Shown here: in pieces, positions 19,777 through 28,026 of the stretch
Numbering within the stretch: position 1 is the stretch's first letter
Layout of the letters: each line of letters begins with the position of its first letter
DNA from: Patescibacteria group bacterium
GTDB lineage: Bacteria > Patescibacteriota > Patescibacteriia > Patescibacteriales > Patescibacteriaceae
Reading direction: 5' to 3'
NCBI GenBank assembly: GCA_022705845.1
Contig: JAKJDQ010000001.1
Coordinates: 1-42,265, forward strand
DNA length: 42,265 bases
The notes under the pieces: generated by a model
Told to the model about the DNA's origin: nothing
Database searches by the model: none
The model's input: only the letters and a program-made list of their open reading frames with translations
Program-made: the position numbers and the translations under genes

Positions 19777-20451
19777 TCAACTAGTTGATATCTTTAAACG
19801 GCCAGCCTTCCGAAAACTATAAAAACTCCGACGGCTAAAAATAACATTATCTAACATCTCTAAACCAAAGGCCTCGCAAATTTTTAATAATTTATTAAAT
19901 AAAATTAAATCCATTTCATTGGGTTCGGCGCTACCAGATAAATGATTACTAGCGGTAATTAACTGCTGAGCTGGCAATTGCAAAATTGGATTAAAGATCT
20001 CACAAGGACTAAAATCGGGCTGACGCATCTGAGAAAACAAGAAAGACTTACGTCTCAACTCATGACAACGACGGTCCAAATAACCAACTACCAACCGTTC
20101 TTGGGTACAAGAGCGTAAATACTTAAACTCTTGATAAATAACTTCGTCACTATAGTAAATATTTTTTAGTCTCTGGCGACAAAAGCGTCTAGTTATTTCT
20201 ACGGCCGCTAGAATATTATTAGCCTGCTCACTATTTAAGCCAGCTTTTACTAATTCTTCAAAACTAGCTCTCACCAAACAAGGCGCCGGGATTTTTTTAA
20301 GTACTTCCTGAGCTAAGGCAATAGAAGTTTTGATTTCTTGATTTTGGCTAATAACAAAGGCTAACAGTTCACTATTGCTAAACTTAGCTAGATCAAACTT
20401 TAGCCAATTAGCCGCATCCGGCAATTTTGCCGGTATGGGATAGATAGACAT
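19777..20451 (-). CDS. radC: RadC-like (UPF0758) JAB/MPN-domain protein with a degenerate metal-binding motif
   Basis: N-terminal HhH-like region (SELLAFVI....ALAQEVLKK.......ASFEEL.K..GL....A..ILAAVEI.RR) and a C-terminal JAB domain. The canonical HNHPSG...PS..D reads SNHLSGSAEPNEMD. Start placed at MSIYP (20451). Confidence 0.65.
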   Translation of the reverse strand: MSIYPIPAKLPDAANWLKFDLAKFSNSELLAFVISQNQEIKTSIALAQEVLKKIPAPCLVRASFEELVKAGLNSEQANNILAAVEITRRFCRQRLKNIYYSDEVIYQEFKYLRSCTQERLVVGYLDRRCHELRRKSFLFSQMRQPDFSPCEIFNPILQLPAQQLITASNHLSGSAEPNEMDLILFNKLLKICEAFGLEMLDNVIFSRRSFYSFRKAGRLKISTS

Positions 20452-20602
20452 GTTAGCTCTATTAAGAACTAAAAAGAGGCGGTTAAAAGGCAAATAGTTT
20501 GACCATCATCATTATAGCATTTTTATTTAACCCCCAAAAGATAGTGCCCTAAGAAAAAATTAATTTATCGTTTTCTCTAATAAAATCAAGCAATATTAAC
20601 TA

Positions 20603-22870
20603 TTAATGAAAGCTCCTGCGTCTAAAGTTATCCCCATGCCGTGGTCCAGATGATCGTCGTCTTGATAAATCCATTGGCCGATCCGTTGATAATCCTTTAG
20701 CCTTATACCGCTCCCAAATAGCTTCATTGGCTGGTAAATCTTTCATGGTTAAATTAATCCGCCCTTGCTCATCAATGTCTTTTATTCTTACATTGACTTT
20801 ATCTCCAATATTAAGCATATCAGAGGGCTTGCTAACATAAAATGGAGCTAGCTCACTAGCATGCACCATTCCATCATGGTTGGGCAGTAATTCAATAAAG
20901 GCTCCAAAATCTAACAAACGAACAACTTCACCGACAAATTCTTCACCCACGGCAAATTTATGGGCAATATTTTTAATCCATTGCACTGCTAGATCTAATT
21001 TATCTTTATCATTACCACACACTGTAACCTGACCAGTTTGTTCAATATCAATAGTCACATCACAGGCAGCAATAATTTCATTAATAATCTTCCCGCCAGC
21101 TCCAATGACGTCACGAATCTTGTCAGGGTCAATAAAAAAAGTGACAATCTTTGGAGCATAAGGAGATAGCTCGGCTCTTGGCTCAGCAATCGCCTGCTTC
21201 ATTACTTCTAAAACCTGCAGGCGAGCCTTATGCCCTTGATTAATGGCTGTACGGATAATTTCTTCATTTAATCCATCAGTTTTGGTGTCTAACTGAATTG
21301 CAGTAATCCCTTCTGAAGTACCAGTGATTTTAAAGTCCATACCTCCTACACCGTCTTCTAAGTCTTGTAAATCAGTAATAACCTTCCATTGACTCATATC
21401 TTGATTGGAAGCTAGTCCCATAGCTATTCCAGCTACTGGCCGTTTAATAGGCACCCCCGCGTCCATTAAAGATAAAGATGAAGCACAAGTTGCACCCATA
21501 GATGACGAACCATTAGAGCTTAAAGTCTCACTTACTACTCTAATAGTATAAGGAAACTCTTCTTTACTTGGCAAAACCGGCACTAAGGCCTTCTCGGCTA
21601 AAGCTCCGTGCCCAATCTCCCGACGGCCAGCAACTTTAATCGGTTTGGCCTCGCCAGTACAATAAGGCGCAAAATTATAATGATGGATATATCTCTTGGT
21701 AGATACCCCCTCTAAGCCTTCTAAAGACTGCTCATCACTAGGCGAGCCCAATGTAACAATGGACATGACTTGAGTTTCTCCTCTAGAAAAAAGACCTACT
21801 CCGTGATTGCGTGGTAAAATGCTAACATCAGCCGACATAGGACGAATTTCATCTAACGCTCGACCATCTACTCGCCGATCAGCTTCTAAAATATTTTTGC
21901 TGACCAAGGTTTCAACATAAGGATCAACAATCTCATTAATAATAGACTGCCGCAAATTTTTTTCTATGTTCTGATTAAATAGGTATTCATCTAACTTATC
22001 TTTAATAGCATCCACTGCTAATTTACGTTGACCTTTAGTATAATAAATTTTATCAAATAAAATAGCCTCCGCATTTTGTACTAGCCACTCTTCGGCTATT
22101 TTTTGCGCTTTCTCATAATTTTCTTGGGCTCGTAATTCCTCGTCTGAAAGACGAATATGCCTACATTGTTTTTTCTCTTTTGGTCCAACCTGACAATATA
22201 GATCTTCTATCAAGCCAATTGAACTTTTTAGGGCTTGCTCGCCAGCTAAAATAGCCTTTATCATTTCCTCTTCTGGCACTTCTTGTGCCCCCGCTTCAAT
22301 CATAATCACTCGCTCCTTAGTGCCAGCGACAATTAAATCAAGGTCGCTTTGTTCTCGTTCTTTATAAGTAGGATTATAAATAAATTCTCCATTAATCCGG
22401 CCAACCCTGACTCCACCAATGGGTCCACGCCAATTAACACCCGAAATCCTTAAAGCTGCTGAAGCAGCAATTAAGGCCACAATATCATAATCATTGGTCT
22501 GATCTACTGATAAAACTGTTAAAATCACTTGGACATCACGTCGCGAAGATTCATCAAATAGTGGCCTAATAGACCGATCGATCATTCGCCCATTTAGAAT
22601 AGCTTCGTCGGTAGGACGACCCTCCCGTTTAACCCACCGAGAACCCTTAATAATGCCGGCGGCATATAATCGCTCTTCAAAATCAACCATCAAAGGAAAA
22701 AAATCACCATCTTCTCGCGCTTCTTGAGCCTCCACTACGGTAGCTAGCACTACCGTGTCACCATATTGCACAGTCACGGCCGCATCAGCCTGATGAGCTA
22801 AACGGCCAGTTTTAATAGTTAGCTGCCGACCATGCCAATCGCCGCTAACTACAATTTCTTTTGACTCCAT
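20603..22870 (-). CDS. pnp: Polyribonucleotide nucleotidyltransferase (PNPase)
   Basis: Two RNase PH domains (FFPL.V.F.E+.YA.GKI.G...+REGRP; GETQ......LG), a KH domain (I..VIG.GGK.I..I) and an S1 domain (G..F.G.V.R...FGAF.E). It ends in an Arg-rich C-terminal tail. Start placed at MESKE (22870). Confidence 0.95.
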   Translation of the reverse strand: MESKEIVVSGDWHGRQLTIKTGRLAHQADAAVTVQYGDTVVLATVVEAQEAREDGDFFPLMVDFEERLYAAGIIKGSRWVKREGRPTDEAILNGRMIDRSIRPLFDESSRRDVQVILTVLSVDQTNDYDIVALIAASAALRISGVNWRGPIGGVRVGRINGEFIYNPTYKEREQSDLDLIVAGTKERVIMIEAGAQEVPEEEMIKAILAGEQALKSSIGLIEDLYCQVGPKEKKQCRHIRLSDEELRAQENYEKAQKIAEEWLVQNAEAILFDKIYYTKGQRKLAVDAIKDKLDEYLFNQNIEKNLRQSIINEIVDPYVETLVSKNILEADRRVDGRALDEIRPMSADVSILPRNHGVGLFSRGETQVMSIVTLGSPSDEQSLEGLEGVSTKRYIHHYNFAPYCTGEAKPIKVAGRREIGHGALAEKALVPVLPSKEEFPYTIRVVSETLSSNGSSSMGATCASSLSLMDAGVPIKRPVAGIAMGLASNQDMSQWKVITDLQDLEDGVGGMDFKITGTSEGITAIQLDTKTDGLNEEIIRTAINQGHKARLQVLEVMKQAIAEPRAELSPYAPKIVTFFIDPDKIRDVIGAGGKIINEIIAACDVTIDIEQTGQVTVCGNDKDKLDLAVQWIKNIAHKFAVGEEFVGEVVRLLDFGAFIELLPNHDGMVHASELAPFYVSKPSDMLNIGDKVNVRIKDIDEQGRINLTMKDLPANEAIWERYKAKGLSTDRPMDLSRRRSSGPRHGDNFRRRSFH

Positions 22871-22958
22871 AAATTTGAATCGCCTTGCCCGACAAACTAA
22901 AGAACTATGATAAGCCATAGCACTCTCTGTCTGTCGGCCAAAACGATATAATTAAATA

Positions 22959-23456
22959 TTAATGATTAATTAAAAATTGATGGTGGCTTAAATTAATAAA
23001 ATCATCAGCAATCTCTAATAATTTAGCAGAAGTAGTCTGACGAAAACCAGCGACTTCTACTAAACAGCCAGTAGTGCTCTGAATATAATTAACTAAAGGA
23101 GCATAATCACCATCACCACTAACCAGGACGATAACATCTAATTTGTGAGATAATTTAATGGCATCTATACTAATACCTACATCCCAATCTCCTTTTTTAA
23201 CTCCCCCGGGGAAAACCTGTAAATCTTTCATCACCACCTCAAAACCTTGTTGACTTAAAGCTTCAAAGAAGGCCATTTCGTCATTATTATCGCTACGAAT
23301 AACATAAGCGACCGCGCGGATTAATTTACGCTGCCCGACCACCTCGGCTAAAACTTTACGAAAATTAACCTTTTTCCCATAGAGATTACGAGCTGAATGA
23401 TAAAGATTGGCTACATCTACTAATACTCCAACTCTCTGTTCTGGATGTTTAACCAT
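22959..23456 (-). CDS. NYN-domain (LabA/DUF88-like) putative ribonuclease
   Basis: 165 aa with V.VLVDVANLYHSA (first acidic motif) and VLVSGDGDYAPLV (second acidic motif), typical of the PIN-like NYN fold. Confidence 0.75.
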   Translation of the reverse strand: MVKHPEQRVGVLVDVANLYHSARNLYGKKVNFRKVLAEVVGQRKLIRAVAYVIRSDNNDEMAFFEALSQQGFEVVMKDLQVFPGGVKKGDWDVGISIDAIKLSHKLDVIVLVSGDGDYAPLVNYIQSTTGCLVEVAGFRQTTSAKLLEIADDFINLSHHQFLINH

Positions 23457-23460
23457 ATTA

Positions 23461-23856
23461 TTATTGATCCTCTGCTACAGTCTCAATGTCTGGTTCTTCA
23501 ATATCTTCTTCAGCTGCATCTAAATTCCCCTTAGCCATTAATTCTGCCTCTAAACGTTTACGTTCTTCCTCCTCAGCGGCCATCTTTTTAGCAATCCTTA
23601 AATTAAGCCGACTAGCTAAATCTAGAAAAGCCGATTCATCTTCTTTTTGTAGATACTTCAAAAGACGACGACGTTCGCCAACCTTACGCAGTAAACCACG
23701 CCGCGATGAAAAATCATGCCGATGTTTCTTTAAATGTTCCGTCAATTCTTTAATCTCTTCAGTTAAAATAGCAATCTGCACCTGAGTTGATCCAGAATCA
23801 CCTTTGTGTTGACTAAATTTGTGAATAATCTCTTGTTTTGTCTGTTTGTCTAACAT
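23461..23856 (-). CDS. rpsO: 30S ribosomal protein S15 (uS15) with a roughly 40-aa acidic C-terminal extension
   Basis: The first ~90 aa match uS15 (GDSGSTQVQIA.LT..I..LT.HLK.H.HD..SRRGLL..V..RR.LL.YL). It continues with AAEEEERKRLEAELMAK..AAEEDIEEPDIETVAEDQ. Confidence 0.9.
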   Translation of the reverse strand: MLDKQTKQEIIHKFSQHKGDSGSTQVQIAILTEEIKELTEHLKKHRHDFSSRRGLLRKVGERRRLLKYLQKEDESAFLDLASRLNLRIAKKMAAEEEERKRLEAELMAKGNLDAAEEDIEEPDIETVAEDQ

Positions 23857-23973
23857 AATAGTTATAATACCCCTAGCGGAGATAAGAATTATTCCCTATT
23901 CCATGGGGAGTAAAAAATAAAGAGCCCACCTTGAGCCTTTTCTGTTATAACATTATTGAAAAATAAAATCAAG

Positions 23974-24948
23974 ATGTCGTATAATATAGTAATGATCCAA
24001 GATGATATAAATAAATTTCTAGAATATTTAGAGGTAGACAGGGGATTAAGCAATAATACCCTTGTTAGCTATCATTTTTATCTCTCACGGTTTGTTGATT
24101 TCGCCACTAGCCAAGGAGTTCACAATGTAGGACAGATCAGCCAGGAATTAATCCACCGCTATCGTTTATATCTCAATAGACTAAACAATCGCCAAAATGA
24201 AAATCTCAAGAAAAATACCCAAAATTATCATCTTATTGCCTTGCGGCAATTCTTAAAATATCTTAGTAAAAACAACATTGAAAGCCTGGATTCTAATAAA
24301 ATTGAACTGGCAAAACAAGAACCGCGACAGGTAAGTTTCTTAGAGGGCTATGACTTAGCTGCTTTATTACAAGCGCCAATGACTGCCAAACAACCAAATA
24401 CCTTAATAAAATTACGAGATCGAGCCATTCTAGAATTATTTTTCTCTACTGGCCTCAGAGTAAGTGAACTAGCTAGACTAAAAATTAATGATATTAACCT
24501 TAAAAAGTCTGAGTTCACGGTGAGAGGAAAGGGGAATAAACTACGTTTAGTTTTTTTATCTGAAGAGGCTAAATCAGCCCTAAAAGAATATTTGGGGGCA
24601 CGACAAGATACTGAACCATTTTTATTTATCAGTCATGGCAAAATTAATCAAGCATCTAGTTCTCAATATGGTTTAACGCCACGGTCCATTGAACGGCTAG
24701 TAGAAAAATATGCTTTAGCCGCTGGCATTACCAAACAAATAACCCCGCATACTCTCCGCCATAGTTTTGCCACCGACCTCTTAATTAATGGAGCAGATAT
24801 CCGCAGCGTCCAGCAATTATTAGGACATGCTTCTATTACTACTACCCAGGTCTATACCCATGTAACCGATCAGCAATTAAGACAAGTTTACCAAAACTTT
24901 CATGGGAAAAATCATAAAACCATAGATAATAATAAAAAACCAAAATAA
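23974..24948 (+). CDS. xerC: Tyrosine site-specific recombinase, XerC/XerD family
   Basis: N-terminal SAM-like core-binding domain (FLEYLEVDRGLSNNTLVSY). Catalytic residues in TGLRVSEL (R), HTLRHSFAT (H-x-x-R) and LGHASITTTQVYTHV (H...Y). Alternative start at 23992. Confidence 0.9.
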   Translation: MSYNIVMIQDDINKFLEYLEVDRGLSNNTLVSYHFYLSRFVDFATSQGVHNVGQISQELIHRYRLYLNRLNNRQNENLKKNTQNYHLIALRQFLKYLSKNNIESLDSNKIELAKQEPRQVSFLEGYDLAALLQAPMTAKQPNTLIKLRDRAILELFFSTGLRVSELARLKINDINLKKSEFTVRGKGNKLRLVFLSEEAKSALKEYLGARQDTEPFLFISHGKINQASSSQYGLTPRSIERLVEKYALAAGITKQITPHTLRHSFATDLLINGADIRSVQQLLGHASITTTQVYTHVTDQQLRQVYQNFHGKNHKTIDNNKKPK

Positions 24949-25021
24949 TAACCTTTCTTTACTATTTCTTTAATTTATGCTATATAAATTTTACCCTAGA
25001 TAGGTAATATAAATTATAAAT

Positions 25022-25600
25022 ATGACATTAATTCCTACAGTAATAGAAAAAGATGGCCAAATAGAGCGAGCCTATGATATTTATTCACGTTTATTAAAAG
25101 ATAGGATAGTTTTTCTGGGTGAACCCATTGATGACCACATTGCCAATTTAATTATTGCTCAGTTACTGTTCTTAGACGCTGAAAATAGCAACAAAGATAT
25201 AAAGTTTTACATCAATACTCCCGGAGGCTCAGTAACCGCTGGTTTGGCTATCTATGACACTATGCAATTTATTAAAGCCGATGTTAGCACCATTTGCGTA
25301 GGCGTAGCTGCCTCTATGGGAGCGGTACTTTTAGCGGCTGGTGCACCAGGTAAACGTTTAGCTTTACCAAACAGTGAAATAATGATTCATCAAGTTATGG
25401 GCGGTTTTGAGGGACAGGCTACGGATATAAAAATCCGTTCAGAGCATATCCTTAAAATTAAGGAAAAACTAAACAAATTATTAGCTCAACATACGGGCCA
25501 AGAAATAAAGACTATTGAAAAAGATACTGAACGTGATCATTATTTAACGCCCCTTGAAGCTAAAAACTACGGCCTTATTGATAAAATTATCACTCGCTAA
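25022..25600 (+). CDS. clpP: ATP-dependent Clp protease proteolytic subunit
   Basis: 192 aa with [15 protein letters not shown], active-site Ser in GVAASMGA, and His in IMIHQ. Confidence 0.96.
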   Translation: MTLIPTVIEKDGQIERAYDIYSRLLKDRIVFLGEPIDDHIANLIIAQLLFLDAENSNKDIKFYINTPGGSVTAGLAIYDTMQFIKADVSTICVGVAASMGAVLLAAGAPGKRLALPNSEIMIHQVMGGFEGQATDIKIRSEHILKIKEKLNKLLAQHTGQEIKTIEKDTERDHYLTPLEAKNYGLIDKIITR

Positions 25601-25615
25601 TAGCCGCTCACAATT

Positions 25616-27754
25616 TTATTGAATAGCCTTGCTATGCGGGGTCTTTTCTAAAAGACACCAAACATCATCGCAAGTTTTAACGGTATTAAAACCAGCCGCA
25701 GAGTAAAAAGCTGTCTGCTGGTCAAAAAATTCTTGAGTAACACCCGCTCGAAAAAGAAGTACCAATGAACAACTTTGTGGGTCATCCCCCAATCTTTTTC
25801 TCAAATACCACTCTACTATACCATTATAGCCTAGACCAAATTGATTATCACCCAGACAAAGCTGACCATCATCAATGGTTGGTGCTAATTCTTTTAACAG
25901 TCTAATATCTCGTTCTCCTAAAATGAGAAATTGGTTACAAAAAAAGCTTAAATTTTGCCAGGAAAGATAGGCACCTACTATAATAACTACCCCGGCCACT
26001 ACAAGGCCAAAAGGGCGTATAAGTTGATACAACCGATAAAGTAAATAGGCAGAAAAAATTGCTACTGCCGGAGCAAAGACAATGACCCCAAAAGGATGAG
26101 TTATCCATTGATAAAAACGCCAAGCAACAACTAACGGCGCTATAAGCCAAACAAAAAGCCAGCCAAAATTTTCTGGAAGACGACGCGAAAAATAATCTAC
26201 CAAGAACCAAATAAGACCTAAACCGGCAGTTACCAAAAAAAGCCAAGTATAATTCAACACTCCTCGATCAACGACAATAGTCTTAAGCCAATTAGAGAAG
26301 GGGATACTACTATCGGTACGAATACCATAAGCACCCCTTAAATCAGTTAAAAAGCTAGGCCCTTTTAAAATATAGAAATGGAGAAGATTAAGAGCAAACA
26401 ATCCAATAAGGGCAACGGGGATAAAGATCAATAAAGACTTACGACCCGGAATCTTCCGACCAGCCCGAAAAAGTAAAATGAACACCCATAAAGCCGCGGC
26501 AAAAATATAATAAAACCAAGCAAATAAACCGCCCACGACCACTGATAGCCAAAACAAAACAAGATATAAAGGACGCCGTTTAGACTTAGCCTGAGCATAA
26601 AAAACTAGCAAAGAAAAAGAAGTTAAGGCCGTGGGAATAGTAAAGACGGTTAGTTCAAAGCTACGGCCATAATAAATCATGCCGGGCAAAAGAGCAAAAA
26701 TTAAAGTAGTTAAAAAGGTAAAAGAACGGCGACGAGAAATCTTAAATAGGGCAAAATAAAAAAGTGTCAGGCCTACAATCATGCAAAATAATAATCCTAA
26801 ACGGGTCGTTACTTCACTTACTCCAAAAATGGCATAAAAAACTGTGGTCGGCAAAAGAAAAAACTGGGGATGATGAGTGTAGGGTAGCCCAACAGCCCCC
26901 CACCGGTCAAAAAACCCAAACTTCAAATTAAACCAGCCATAACGATTAAGATTAATGGCCGCCACACCATTAGCACCTGCTACATCATCGGCCACATGAA
27001 TAAAAGGTGTATCAATTTTATAAAAAGATAGCAAAATATAAATTAATAAAACAACGACTAGTCCTCCAATGGTCAGCCAGTCTGGACCTTTATCTGCTAA
27101 ACGGCCACGTAATTGAAATAAAAATTTCAAATTCATCCAGCCATGTTTCCAGGGAACAAGCTTAGAGTTACCAGTACGGGCAGCATAGGGAATTGGTTTT
27201 TCAGCAAAAGCAATATCCTTATTTTTAGCAGCTAAAATTTTAATCTCTTCCGAAAAAGGCATATTATTATGTTGCGGGCTTATTTTGTCTAAAACAGAGC
27301 GTCGAAAAACCCACATCCCTGATTGAGAATCTTTCAACTTTAAACCACAGATAACTCGCACAGCGAGATTAAAACACCAATTGCCAAAACGTCTAATAAA
27401 AGGCATGGCCGTTTTATCTTGAAGGGGGAAACGAGCCGCAGAAATAAAATCTAACTTTTCTTGCTCCAAAGCGCTCACTAAATCCGGTATGGCTTCAACC
27501 GGATACTGACCATCACCATCAAGAACTACTAAAATATCTCCTTGCGCTTTCTTAAGCCCATGTTTTATGGCCGCACCATAACCTTGAGTAGTTTCCTGAT
27601 AAACCTTCGCTCCAAACTGACGGGCAATTTTAGCGGTATCATCTGTAGAATTATTATCTATAACTATGGCCTCAACATTGTCGGGTAGCCTTTTTAAAAC
27701 CTTGCCAATGGAATCAGCTTCATTATAACAAGGGATAATGACAGAAATTTTCAT
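25616..27754 (-). CDS. Bifunctional-looking glycosyltransferase: N-terminal GT2 (polyprenyl-phosphate glycosyl synthase-like) fused to a C-terminal polytopic GT-C (GT39/ArnT-like) domain
   Basis: The N-terminal ~230 aa carry ISVIIPCYNE...VIDNNSTD...VLDGDGQYP (GT-A fold, DxD). About 480 aa with at least 10 predicted TM helices rich in aromatic residues follow, resembling PMT/ArnT-type transferases. Confidence 0.7.
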   Translation of the reverse strand: MKISVIIPCYNEADSIGKVLKRLPDNVEAIVIDNNSTDDTAKIARQFGAKVYQETTQGYGAAIKHGLKKAQGDILVVLDGDGQYPVEAIPDLVSALEQEKLDFISAARFPLQDKTAMPFIRRFGNWCFNLAVRVICGLKLKDSQSGMWVFRRSVLDKISPQHNNMPFSEEIKILAAKNKDIAFAEKPIPYAARTGNSKLVPWKHGWMNLKFLFQLRGRLADKGPDWLTIGGLVVVLLIYILLSFYKIDTPFIHVADDVAGANGVAAINLNRYGWFNLKFGFFDRWGAVGLPYTHHPQFFLLPTTVFYAIFGVSEVTTRLGLLFCMIVGLTLFYFALFKISRRRSFTFLTTLIFALLPGMIYYGRSFELTVFTIPTALTSFSLLVFYAQAKSKRRPLYLVLFWLSVVVGGLFAWFYYIFAAALWVFILLFRAGRKIPGRKSLLIFIPVALIGLFALNLLHFYILKGPSFLTDLRGAYGIRTDSSIPFSNWLKTIVVDRGVLNYTWLFLVTAGLGLIWFLVDYFSRRLPENFGWLFVWLIAPLVVAWRFYQWITHPFGVIVFAPAVAIFSAYLLYRLYQLIRPFGLVVAGVVIIVGAYLSWQNLSFFCNQFLILGERDIRLLKELAPTIDDGQLCLGDNQFGLGYNGIVEWYLRKRLGDDPQSCSLVLLFRAGVTQEFFDQQTAFYSAAGFNTVKTCDDVWCLLEKTPHSKAIQ

Positions 27755-28026
27755 ATAATAAATAAGGGAGTTAATGCTGGTATTGTAACATCTTTTAAAC
27801 TAAATTGCCAAACCGCAAAACTCTTGCTTTTTATAACCAAACGTGATAGGCTAAAATCAGTTTATTTATATACATTAAATTGAGTTTTGGTTTCTGTCAG
27901 CTACGGTCGGCTAAATCTGGGATGGCTCATCTTTTTCTTTTTACACCTATAAAATATTCTATTTTCTACCAAACTAAACACCGTTAAGGCTATCTTGCTG
28001 GCTCTAACCAAAGCCATTCTTATTCT

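Noticed and set aside
23857-23973. Possible S15 autoregulatory structure in the rpsO leader (ccccatgg...ctagggg)
   Set aside because: Only short, ambiguous pairings were found. I cannot support a pseudoknot or three-way junction from a single sequence.
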